Source: Laetmonice hystrix (lineage: Eukaryota). Taken from it: a stretch of 64,000 nucleotides of DNA. A program made the translations under genes and the position numbers. The notes beneath the pieces were generated by a model. The model saw only the letters and a program-made list of their open reading frames with translations. It searched no databases and was not told the origin of the DNA. This document shows positions 38,591 through 50,900 of this stretch, one piece after another (position 1 is the stretch's first letter; the number at the start of each line of letters is the position of its first letter). The stretch is from NCBI GenBank assembly GCA_965235115.1, contig OZ249451.1, positions 1,736,001 to 1,800,000 on the forward strand, in the 5' to 3' direction.

Positions 38591-39000
38591 GGAAGTCTGT
38601 GGATAGGTCATCAACCCCATCGCCCCCTCACGACTACGATCCCTTCTGTTTGACTGGTGTAAACTTCGTACGGATAGTTTGGTAAAGGCCCGTAACAGTA
38701 GTATGTAGGGCCATACATACTAGGTACTAGTTTAGTCAAACCTCCAGGCTGTTCATTGGGAATGAGCTAGGTCTGACAGATTCTTTGAAACAAAAACGTA
38801 AAAAAAGTAAGAAAAAGATATGCGTACTTCGCATTTCAGTCCTGAATACCATTAGCATACCAACACGCACACGGACTCGACTGTATGACATAATGGAAAA
38901 CGTGAGGCCCTCTGCCGCGAAATGAGCCAGAAAATAAGTTCGGGGAACAAATAGGCCGTGAGAGTCTACATTGTTGTCTCTATTTGTAGCGGAAAGAAAA

Positions 39001-39200
39001 GTACTGTTCACATTGAGACAGTTCTGTCCACATTGAGACAGGGCTGTTCACATTGAGACAGTACTTCCCACATTGAGACAATTCTGTTCATATTGAGACA
39101 TGTCTGTTCACATTGAGACAGTTCTGGTCACATTGAGAAAGGCTTGTTCACATTGAGACATGGCTGTTCACATTGAGACAGGTCTGTTCATATTGAGATA
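39001..39200. repeat. 20-bp tandem repeat, 10 copies
   Basis: Unit (n)ctgttcacattgagaca(nn), period 20. Confidence 0.92.
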
Positions 39201-39535
39201 GTGCATTAGCTATGCTAGTTTAGTCTTGAGCCCCGGCAATACAGACTTAGCTTATAGAAATACCACGAGCCAATCGCGAGATCCGGGGGCTCTAACCCCC
39301 TAACAATTTCCCGATAGTTCAATAGTATTAATAGTTCAAGCATAATTATTGTTCTACCTGTTTTACCTGATTCCGTCCACACATATAAACGTAGGGCTCC
39401 TTAGAATATGAAATGTGACATAAACTTTGGATGGATCAGGGTTGCGCACGGCACAGATTACACAAAGCCTACACCTCTCCCACTCTGACAGACGAATCCT
39501 GTAGCCACCCCTGAATATATTTCTTAGGGTCACTT

Positions 39536-39600
39536 TCCTAAACACCTTTCCTTTCCTAAACACCTAAACACCTTTCCTAAACACCTTTCCTAAACACCTT
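39536..39600. repeat. Short cctaaacaccttt repeat, about 4 copies
   Basis: ttcctaaacacctttcctttcctaaacacctaaacacctttcctaaacacctttcctaaacacctt. Confidence 0.8.
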
Positions 39601-39963
39601 GTATCAGCATGTGTCACCTTTTGAAAGCTAGAGAAAGTGTCAGAATAAAGTGATGAGCAGAGAGAATTGTGCCATCATAAGTTCAGACGCCGTCTGCAGA
39701 CTGCGGCTCACAAACCGTGTACCCGCCTGACAGGTTGTCCGAGCACCCAGCGTTCCAGGGTCAGCCACCGTGACTAACCTCACCGTTCACAGTCCGATGA
39801 CGAGGGGTGTTGGGGGTGGGCCTGGGCCGCACACCGCAAGCGTCGGGTAGCGCCAACCCCCCCTCACCCCGCGCGTCTCAGGGGGCAGACTTTGGGAGAG
39901 GTGACCGCAAGGTTAGGGCGAACGTGTGCTGTCCTCATACATTCAGACATGTCAGACCTCGAT

Positions 39964-40058
39964 CATCTGGCCATCTTGGTGCACGTTCGGTCCTCGTTCA
40001 TCTGGCCATCTTGGTGCACGTTCGTTCCTCGTTTATCTGCCCATCTTGGTGCACGTCC
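39964..40058. repeat. 35-bp tandem repeat, about 2.7 copies
   Basis: Unit catctggccatcttggtgcacgttcggtcctcgtt. Confidence 0.88.
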
Positions 40059-40187
40059 CTTCAACACCTCCATATAATGATGTGATTTCCTGGAGGATAG
40101 AAATAATAAAATGGCGTCCTTCAGTTTATACTCGTTCCAGCTCTATGTCTATGTCTCTGTCTCTGCTTCTGTTTCTCTGCATTTCCG

Positions 40188-40219
<32 letters not shown>

Positions 40220-40306
40220 CCTCATTTGTTGCTTCATGAAAGCAGATTGAAGAGATAGTACCCAAACCGGTTAAGCAGGGCCGAGGAAAGCTTTACCTGA
40301 CTGGTG

Positions 40307-40426
40307 GTAATCATGACGTCATAGTGTGTGAACTGTGTAATCATGACGTCATAGTGTGTGAACTGTGTAATCATGACGTCATAGTGTGTGAACTGTGTAA
40401 TCATGACGTCATAGTGTGTGAACTGT
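40307..40426. repeat. 30-bp tandem repeat x4, each with a palindromic CRE (ATGACGTCAT)
   Basis: Unit gtaatcatgacgtcatagtgtgtgaactgt; TGACGTCA at 40314, 40344, 40374, 40404. Confidence 0.93.
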
Positions 40427-41089
40427 GCGCCAGCAATGACAGTTGAACTGTCTCAATGTGAACGTTTCTTGTAAAGCTCCTAAAGTACGACTAATTATTG
40501 AATGCCACCCAAGTCACACCTGTACGGGTGAAAATGAGTCAGAGGCTTTATTATAAAACAAATATTACATGTTTTTTATGGAGGTGTGATTTTATGTTTA
40601 GATCCTGTACTGGAATACTGGTGTAGGAAACCTTTTTACATCCTGTAAGAGGAAATGGTCATGTTGACAGTTATCTGACGGGTTGTAACAGATTAACAGG
40701 ATTTAAGTGCCTTTATACCTGCCTACCAAACACATAAACACTGCAGGATTCCGTACACCAAACACCCCAACTCCTCATGACCTACACTGACCCTGTGGGC
40801 ATGCAGTATGAGGACGTTGGTCCCCACCACTCACTCAGTAAGGCAGGGTTGTCAGACGTCTGATGCTCGTGCACAGTGGGGATAGAGCCGAAACAAATCA
40901 AACTCCCACTCATACACAACTCCTTTGATTCCAGCTCACAGTACGGCGGCACGCGTTTCGACGCACGTTACCCAGCGTGACGCAGGCCTTGTCTGCTTTA
41001 TCTGTCCGGCTGACAACGCTTAGGGCAGTTGTCCAGACAAGGCCCTAGAGCAATTCGTGCGCAACTTTACAAGAGCGAGCCTTATCTCA

Positions 41090-41464
41090 ATGTGGTGACA
41101 GGTAACCATTTGTTTCTCTCCAAATCTAAATGTGGTGACACGTAACCATTTGTTTCTCTTCAAATCTAAATGTGGTGACACGTAACCAGTTGTTTCTCTC
41201 CAAATCTAAATGTGGTGACAGGTAACCATTTGTTTCTCTCCAAATCTAAATGTGGTGACACGTAACCATTTGTTTCTCTCCAAATCTAAATGTGGTGACA
41301 CGTAACCATTTGTTTCTCTCCAAATCTAAATGTGGTGACACGTAGCCATTTGATTCTATCCAAATCTAAATGTGGTGACACGTAACCATTTGTTTCTCTC
41401 CAAATCTAAATGTGGTGACACGTAACCATTTGTTTCTCTCCAAATCTAAATGTGGTGACAGGTT
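41090..41464. repeat. 40-bp minisatellite, about 9 copies
   Basis: Unit aatgtggtgacacgtaaccatttgtttctctccaaatcta. Confidence 0.95.
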
Positions 41465-41663
41465 TACCGTTCCAGAATCAATATTAATACATGTGCATAT
41501 ACAATGTGATAGGATAATGGAATTAAAACCTGGGAATATTTTGTCCTGTATTACGTCCAAAATCTAACAACAAACATAATCCTATGCGAGAAAAATATAT
41601 TTTGTCATACCTCAGAGGCTAATACTGATGCAAGTAAAATGATATGACAACCAGACCATGTCG

Positions 41664-41733
41664 AAATCGTAGTATACTTAAAAATCGTAGTGTACTTTAA
41701 AATTGTAGTATACTTTAAAATCGTAGTATACTT
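41664..41733. repeat. 18-bp tandem repeat, 4 copies
   Basis: Unit aaaatcgtagtatacttt. Confidence 0.88.
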
Positions 41734-41832
41734 GTACTTTAAAATCCGTGTTGAATGTTTTACTTCTTAAACTTTTTGTACTTCTGTTTTGTTATTGTGT
41801 GTCATTTTATATTTGTTGTTTCATTTTGTCAG

Positions 41833-41961
41833 CGCGGGTGCAACCTCCAGGCCCATCAAACATGGGACCTCCGCGGTCATCACGTGACCCTAAAAGGATG
41901 TCTCAACTTTTTCTTATTCTTGTGGTTTTCACCACGCTCTTCGGAACGGTTGTAACGCAAA
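41833..41961 (+). CDS. First coding exon: partial 5' UTR + signal peptide [21 protein letters not shown] (ATG at 41898)
   Basis: Acceptor tttcattttgtcAG at 41831-41832, a hydrophobic 21-codon N-terminus, and a strong phase-1 donor a|GTGAGT at 41962 that joins in frame to the vWA1 exon. Confidence 0.8.
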
Positions 41962-44900
41962 GTGAGTACAGGTTTCCCGTCCCCCTGCCAAAGCTCGAGA
42001 CGCTAGCGGAACGCTCTGACGTCATAATACGGCATAATCTCATCACATCCAATGACTTACCCATTGTCTCACAGTGTCTTACTAACCACTGTTCAGCCAG
42101 TTTAGACATTGTTAACGTAATTATTTACACGTCTTCACGGCAAAGCCAAATATTAAGTGTAGAAGGTGTCGATGTCCGTGATGGTGATGGTAATGGCTGT
42201 AATGAGCACATCAACCGTTTTTGTTTGGTTCCGAGAACTAAAGCATTACTACTTGCTGCTCTACCGATAATTTCCCATAACTGCCGGTATGTCCCCTTCA
42301 GGATGTACCCTCCAACCCCCAGAGAGCTTGCGAAAGTAGTTAACGCAAGCCTCAGTTGCCTTAAATATCCCATGAAAAGCTTTCGCCATGCCGGATTTGC
42401 TTCTTGTATCATGACTTGACGTTATGCTCATTTCTCTACACACCCATATGATCGCTTCTGTCTGATTGATTCTTCGCCTAGGGACCTGTTACGAACTGAT
42501 GGATTTAGGCATAATCATTGACGTCGGACAGACGTTGGAAAGCTGGAACAGCCAAGCCAAGCCTTTCATCAACAGTGTTGTGCAGCGGTTTACGATACGG
42601 CCGGAGCGTTGGGCGAGGATAGGCGTCCTCCAATATGGAGAGAGGCCTTATCCAGAGTTCTCGCGGCTCCTGAACGCCCAGTTAACCGTACGCAGTGCCA
42701 CTGATTTTATCACAAGAGTGGTCACACCACGTAGTGAAGATACCGATCAGGCTGGCATGATCCGCTACCTGAACACCGTCTTCTTCAGTACCGGGGGCTC
42801 GGCCAGAGCCTGGGCCCGTAATGTGGCTATCATCTTCACGGACGGTGAGGACAGGTCGCGACAGGTTCAGAGCGCAGTCCGAGAGGCACGTAGACTGGGA
42901 ATACAACTCATTGTGGTCGACTTGAACCGGTTTGAGACAGCGTTCGACGCGAACCAGAGAGCGATCGATGATCTGGACTCGCCTGTTCAGGTGGATCTCG
43001 GTAATCGAGGATCATGGCGTGGAACAATCGACGAGATTATCAATAGAATCTGCCCCCAAGAAAACCGCGGTAAATTCATTATTAGGATTTTTCAAAACTA
43101 GTTCTCAAACATAAAATCTCCATAACTCATCTTAAGGTTTTTTTTGTAGGAAATTACTACATTAAGCAAAATTGACAATTTCCTTTTCCCATTATAGCAT
43201 TATTATTATTATGATAGTATAACTCATATTAAGTAAACAACAAAGTAATCTTTGCCTAATTTAAAGATTTTCCAATAGCATAGCTAAGAATAGCAAGTGT
43301 AAAAGTATTTAGTTCTGCTAATTAATTAGAATTGATAATAAATCGTATGCCGCGCAGCGAATGAACGTTCCTCCTGTAGGCCTCCTGTAGGCTGAGTACT
43401 TGCGCGCAAAGTAGGTCAGCCTGGATTTGGTCGTGCTGGTTTGAGAACCCTCTCCTCTATCCTGCGCGCGCAACAGCGGCAGATTTCGGCGGCCCTGGCG
43501 GTCAAGCGTCTCTCCCCATTGTTTGTTTAGTTTCCATCTACTTGTTCATCGACAGTTACCGCTCACAGCGCGAACGCGATGGAACACGTTCATTACTCCT
43601 CAATTATAAAACTCTTCATCTTCAGAAAAAGGAATCACGGAATGGAATGGCTCTTGTTACATGTGGATAGACGTAGCCGTGTTTGTTTCAGTGCCTAGAG
43701 GACGCCGTTCTACAGCCGTCCCGCCACACCGGTCACCTGAAATCACGGTCCCCCTATGACTCGCTTGTCGCTGGTGATCACATCTGCCTATACTGTGTGC
43801 AGTTAATATTGCTACATTGGTAGTACCGATATATTTGATGCAATTCACTTAATTGCTTTGTTCCTCACGTCAAAATGACATTTTGGGCATTTCAAGCTGT
43901 AAACTGACGTGTTTTTTGGCAGTAAGTTATTAATGTTAGGCCTACCATCTACAATGGTGTGACATGCATCAAATGTAACGGAAACTATCCTCACTTGTAT
44001 ATATAGTGCATTTCATAGCTGAATGTCTTGTACAGCTTTCCTTGTGCAACTTGTGTTTGTTTATGCCTTCATTTTTGCGCGCTTATTATGCCTGTGCTGC
44101 GCTGCGCATGCGCAGAGAATGACCGGCGCTGAAAGCAGACCCGGGTCTGTGATTGGCTGGTCGGTGGACCGCGGGCCTGTGATTGGCTGCTCGGATGGAC
44201 CGGGCCTGTGATTGGCTGCTCGGATGGCGCGCGCTCAACGATTGGTCAGCTCACAATCATGTATACCCGCTGTACATTTTCAGCGGCCCCATGCTCCGAT
44301 CAAAGATACCAGGACTGGGCATTCTTGTTCCAAGGAAATGCCAACCTCAGGGACTTTGCTATTAGCAAGAATCTTTCGATCGAGGTTGTCAGATCACTGG
44401 ATATTGGTAGCAACCAGCACCACGTGGCCGCAGCACGGTACTTGGACAGGGGATCTGAATTCTTTGACCTCGCACGATACTCCAATGATGACGATCTGCT
44501 CAGGGCTTTGTCCAACCTTCGGGAGTCGCAAGGAAGCAACAACCTCGCCGCCGGGCTGAACTTCTTGACACAGAACACGTTCAGAGCGAATGCCCGAGGA
44601 AACCGAGCCAACTTTGCCAATGTTGCCGTTGTTTTTGTCACTAGCGAAATCCAGAACGAGCAAGAAGTTATTGTGGCAGCCGCCGGCCTCAAGAGCGTCG
44701 CCCGATTAATTGTAGTCGACCTCTCAAACCGGGTTTCTCCCAGGGTTTTGAATGCCATAGCCTCTCGCAGAGACTATGTCCTGAGGGCCGGCAATGCTTT
44801 CAGACTTCCCGAATTGCTCGATATGGTGTTCACTGATGTCTGCACGCCTGTCACTATCGGTAATAGACACAGATGATTTTGTTATTATACTTCGGTAGTC

Positions 44901-47900
44901 ATTGATATCTGAATAATTGGTTCTTCTAGCAATATACTTTAATATTTAAATTAATAATATCGCATGACCATCAGATAATGCTCTTGAAGATGTTTCCTAT
45001 GAACATACTGTAAATCTGTTAGTATTTGGCCCCCACGATAAGCTAACATTTAACTTTCGATGAATTACATATTAAGATATGCTCCATCATTGGTGATAAC
45101 ATCATAAATGTTATATTCACGTGTTTGTAGTCGTAACAATATGATATGGATGTTTTCTTTCCGAAATGTACGTGTACATTAACTTAATGCATTGACTCTA
45201 GTCGGTCCACCCGGACCAACCGGAGCCACGGGATCCCCGGGCCGACCGGGAGCTCAAGGACCGGCCGGACGACCCGGCACAGCTGGACCGAGAGGACCTG
45301 CTGGACCCGACGGACAGCCTGGCCGCCCAGGCACACCAGGTAAACAATATCTGTTTGACACAATGGTAACCTTTGTCATCTTTACCATTTTATTATCGCA
45401 TTAAATAATTTGCATTAAAGTTATTTTTATTTATTGACTGTAATTGATATAATAGTTAATTGGAGACGTTTTGGTTGGTTACAGGCTCACCCGGCACACC
45501 AGGCCGATCAGGAGCCACAGGTCAATCGGGTCGTGTTGGACCGCGAGGACCTGGGGGACCTCTAGGACCTGGGGGACCCCGAGGACCAGCTGGACCTTCT
45601 GGTCCTGCAGGACCTTTGGGCGGTGCTGGCCCGAGAGGTCCAGCCGGACCCCGTGGGCCTGATGGAACACGGGGAGAATCAGGCCTTCCTGGGCCATCTG
45701 GACCCGCAGGACCTCCTGGAAGGAGAGGCAATCGCGGAGAACCTGGAGTTGGCGGAGGTCCTGGAAGTACAGGAGCAACTGGCTTCCCCGGACGGCCGGG
45801 CGGCCCTGGACAGCGGGGATCACCGGGACCACAGGGCCCCGCCGGGGAATCCGGACCACCCGGGCCTCTTGGGCCTGGTGGACCTCTGGGTCCTGCTGGA
45901 GCCACTGGCCCGTCAGGACCTGCCGGACCAGCTGGACGTCCTGGACCACGAGGCGGGCTTGGCCCCGCTGGACGACAAGGAGCGAGGGGAGAGTCTGGTC
46001 CAGATGGAGGGGCTGGCCCTCCAGGACCAGCCGGACCTCGAGGACCAGCCGGACCTCTTGGAGGTGCTGGAAGAACAGGTGCAGCAGGACCTTCAGGTCC
46101 CCGCGGACAAGCAGGACCCTCTGGACCGGCTGGACCAGCCGGTCCGGCAGGACCAGCCGGAAGACAAGGAGGGACAGGAGGACCCGGAGCTCGTGGCCCA
46201 CGAGGTGAATCAGGATTACCTGGACCTGCTGGTTCACCCGGCCCTGCAGGAAGCCGTGGACAACCAGGGCCATCAGGACCACTCGGTCCATCAGGACTAC
46301 CTGGACCATCAGGACCTTCAGGACCCGCAGGACCGCCAGGGCCACTGGGGCCCGCTGGCCCGTCAGGCTCAACCGGAGCCCTTGGTGGACCTGGCCCACG
46401 TGGACAACCTGGACCAGGAGGGCCACTTGGACCTGCAGGAATAACCGGTTCTGCTGGACCGCGGGGACAGCCGGGACCACCGGGACCGTCTGGACCTTTA
46501 GGACCGTCAGGTATGCATCTCTTTCTCCCTGTCTCACTCTCTCCCATTTATCTCTCACACTTGTGGCTTTCAGCTTTTTTTTTATCTAAGACTGTCGTTA
46601 ATGATAAACCCTATAATTTGTTGCACAGGACCTGCTGGACCCTCTGGACCAGCTGGTGAACGAGGCGGGGCTGGTCCACCTGGACCGTCTGGACCATCTG
46701 GACCAGCTGGGGGCCCTGGATCAAGAGGAGAACGTGGACCATTGGGACCAGCAGGAAGGGCTGGACCTCCTGGACCAGCAGGCAAGTAACGTTCAATAAC
46801 TATTTATATTTATTCTTCAATAACAGGATACATGTTTAATGAAAGCATGTGTTTATATTTTTTATCTTATATCTTATCTTATCTTATCTTTTATCTCCCC
46901 CAATTACGTCCACTATGAGTAGGAACTCTATAAACTAGGAGACTCTCCCTATGTTTGTCATAGGCTTTGTTAGCTCATTATGACAAACTCGTTGCTGTTA
47001 CAGGAGAGCGCGGTGAGGGTGGACCGGCCGGGCCCTCTGGACCATCTGGACCTGCTGGGCCTGGTGGGGAACGAGGACCGGCTGGGCCTTCAGGACCATT
47101 AGGTCCAGCAGGACGACCTGGTCCATCAGGTCCATCTGGACCGGCAGGTGAAACTGGAGCCGGTGGCCCCCCTGGTCCATCAGGACCGCGTGGACCTCAA
47201 GGAGGACGGGGAGAGTCTGGACCACCTGGACCTGTCGGACCATCTGGACCTGCAGGGGAACGAGGCTCAACAGGAGGCCCTGGACCAGCTGGACCATCAG
47301 GACCGTTAGGACCCGCTGGGCCGAGGGGAGGAACCGGCTCCCCAGGCCCACGAGGAGAACGAGGAGAGGGCGGAGAAGCTGGACCAGCAGGACCAGCTGG
47401 ACCACGTGGATCACCAGGTTCACGTGGCGAGGTTGGACCTTCTGGATTGCCCGGACCACAAGGTATGTCACTGGTTTGTGATCTTATAGATCTTGTGATC
47501 ACTGATTATCTTCCTTTTGGATACTATGTTGGTATCATTTAGAAAATAATAGATTAGACACACTAACTGAAAACTGTCCCCGTCTTATACCTTCAGGAAC
47601 CCGAGGCGAGCCTGGCCCTGCCGGACCAGGTGGACCACGTGGTCCCGCTGGCGAACGTGGCCAGCCTGGTGAATCTGGACCTGCAGGACCGTCAGGCCCT
47701 GCTGGACCATCAGGACAGCGTGGTCAGCCCGGTCCAGCCGGGGCTGTAGGCCCTGCTGGTCCCGTCGGATCGGCCGGACCTGCCGGAGCTACCGGAGGTC
47801 CTGGAGCCAGAGGAGAAGCTGGCGTTGCAGGACCTGTCGGACCTGCCGGACCACGGGGAACCCGGGGAGAAGGTGGCCCTGCTGGACCAGCTGGTGAATC

Positions 47901-50900
47901 TGGACCCGCAGGACCTGCCGGACCGAGAGGTCCCGCTGGCGGAAGAGGCGGGCCCGGACCAGCTGGACCTCAAGGCTCAAGAGGAGAGAGAGGAGAGGCA
48001 GGGCCCGCAGGCCCAGCAGGACCATTGGGACCTGCCGGTGAGAAGCCATTTCATGAATAATTCAGAATTCGTCTCTCAATACAACTTGTAGTAATGAGTA
48101 AGATGACAATACACGTTGACATAATTCAGATACTAATTGTTATTAAATGTGGTATTACTTTTATACAGGACCATCCGGACCTGCTGGACCAGGGGGGGAA
48201 CGAGGTCAGCCTGGTCCCGCAGGACCACTTGGACCATCAGGACCAGCTGGGACAACTGGAAGCCTTGGCCCAGCCGGCCCAAGAGGAGGCCCAGGCCCAA
48301 GTGGACCCCAAGGATCTGCTGGAGCCACTGGCGAGCCTGGACCATCTGGACCACGAGGACAGCCTGGACCATCTGGACCCTCTGGTCCATCTGGACCAGC
48401 AGGACCTGCTGGTGAACGAGGACCTTCTGGGTTACCTGGACCTGCCGGATCAACCGGTGGCCCCGGACCAGCCGGTCCAACCGGTGCTGTAGGCAGAGCC
48501 GGAGATAGAGGACAACCTGGACCTGCTGGACCACAAGGCAAGGACGTTTGTCTCTGGAGTTGATAATAATCTAATGAACAAATAACATTACCATTATTGT
48601 TACAACTCTAACCAGAGCAGCGATTCTTATATCTTTTACCATGTACTAATATCCATTGCCATATTAAGCAATGCAATTTTGTATCTTTTGAACAGGATCG
48701 GCAGGTCCAGCCGGACCTTTGGGAGGTGTTGGCCCATCTGGGCCGCGTGGATCGCCTGGTCCACGTGGATCCGCTGGACCATCAGGACCTGCTGGACCGG
48801 CAGGAGAGCGTGGGGCACCTGGACCGGCTGGTTCGACTGGCGGTCCCGGTGGACCCGGACCCGCTGGACCGGCAGGAGAACGTGGTCCACAAGGAAGCCG
48901 TGGTGTCCCTGGTGGTCCTGGATCACGGGGTGAAGCTGGACCAGCAGGACCGAGAGGAGAGTCAGGGCCAGCAGGGCCAAGCGGACCAAGCGGCCCAAGA
49001 GGCGAGGCTGGCGAGTCCGGACCTGCGGGACCTGCAGGATCACGAGGTGGGCATGTGCAAGACACATCTATTACTCAACACTGTTAACAATGTTCAGTAT
49101 TCAACAGCTTAATTTATAAGACATAGGAAACTGCTCGAATGTTATTGTTACGAAGCTATAGCATCTGACTATGGTTTCCAGGAGCACCTGGCCCTGGAGG
49201 ACAGAGAGGTCAACCAGGTGCACGAGGTGAGCCTGGTCCAGCCGGACCACAAGGTGAACGTGGTGGTGCAGGACCAGCTGGACCGAGAGGAACACCCGGC
49301 ACCGCTGGGCCAGCTGGCCGAACAGGAGCAGCTGGACCATTGGGACCTGCAGGACCTGCAGGGCCCCGTGGACAACGTGGTGAAGGTGGAACAGCGGGAG
49401 AACAAGGTTGGTATTGTAAACATTTTCATGATTTGCACAGTCTTTAAGTCTCTCCTTCATCATAATCTGGAATTGTGGGATTTTTTATTTAATTTTTATT
49501 TTAAAACTTTTGATCAATACCCACTTTACTTTCAGGCCAGCCTGGACCTGCTGGACCAAGAGGACAACGTGGTGAAAGCGGCCCTGCAGGAAGCCCAGGA
49601 CCAGCTGGACCCGCAGGTCAGCGAGGAGAGGCTGGACCTGCAGGCCGTGCAGGTCCCCAAGGATCTGCGGGAACTCCCGGCAGTCAGGGACCAACTGGCG
49701 CATCTGGAGCAGCTGGTCCTGCTGGACCAAGAGGCCAGCCAGGTCCGGCGGGACCTCTTGGACCCTCTGGACCGGCAGGAGGAGCAGGACCTCGTGGTGA
49801 AAGGGGAGAACCTGGACCAAGTGGCCAACCCGGTTCAGCAGGCCCTGCCGGTAAGTTCTGCCTTCTTTGATTTGTTACTTGTTTCCTGGCGCTGTTTGTA
49901 TTGACCATCAAGTTAATGTTGTTATTTCCATCTGAAAGGGCCTGTTGGACCCGGAGGACCTCGTGGAGAGCGTGGCGAAGGAGGATCTCCTGGACCTGCT
50001 GGACCTGCTGGACCCTCAGGTCCAGCTGGACAGCCAGGGACCAGAGGAGAAGCTGGACCTGCTGGACCGGCAGGACCCCGCGGGGGTGTCGGTGAGGCAG
50101 GACCTGCTGGACCAGGTGGAAGCCGAGGTGAACGAGGACCTGCAGGACCGCCAGGACCTGCTGGACCAGCAGGACCGCGATCTGAAAGAGGAGAGGCCGG
50201 ACCTCCCGGTCCATCTGGGCCAGCCGGACCATCAGGACCAGCAGGACCTGCAGGACCTCAGGGAGAGCAAGGAACACGAGGCGAAGCAGGAAGGCCTGGA
50301 CCACAAGGTATGTTCCACTCCTGCCAGGGAAAGTGATGGAGGATGACTGTGAGCACATCATCTTCATTATTCTTACACTGAAATGGTAAATAATTACTCA
50401 TTATGTCGACTATGTGGATTTTAATAGTGAACATCACTTACACCATTGTTTTCATCGCTTTTAGGCGGCCCTGGACCTTCCGGTCCCCTAGGACCAGCAG
50501 GAAGACCAGGACCATCTGGCCCCGCTGGACCTCGTGGACAACCAGGAGAATCAGGACCAGCTGGAAACCGTGGAGAGCCTGGACCCGCAGGACCATCTGG
50601 ACCCTCAGGACCAGCTGGACCAGCCGGCCCGACTGGAGCTGCTGGCCCAGCTGGATCACGTGGTCAGCGTGGAGAGGGAGGACCGCAAGGATCCCCTGGA
50701 TCACCAGGATCACGTGGAGAGCGAGGACCTGCTGGACCTGCTGGACCGAGTGGACCCTCTGGACCAGCTGGACCAGCTGGATCTGCGGGAGAACAAGGTC
50801 CTCGTGGTGAAAGTGGACTTCCTGGCCCCGCTGGTAGTGTAGGACCTGCTGGACCCCTTGGCCCCGCAGGACCTGCTGGACCTTCAGGACCTGGAGGCCC

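Larger units (their letters stand above)
39006..40463. mobile_element. Candidate 1.46-kb element bounded by 19-bp perfect inverted repeats
   Basis: gttcacattgagacagttc at 39006-39024 and its exact reverse complement gaactgtctcaatgtgaac at 40445-40463. No transposase ORF and no clear target-site duplication. Confidence 0.4.

Noticed and set aside
1877-41464. Tandem arrays as possible CRISPR arrays
   Set aside because: Units are head-to-tail with no unique spacers, there are no cas genes, and the context is a spliceosomal-intron eukaryote.
41748-42419. 223-aa ORF
   Set aside because: Only the 21-codon signal peptide is credible; the rest is read-through of flanking intron beyond a strong GTGAGT donor.
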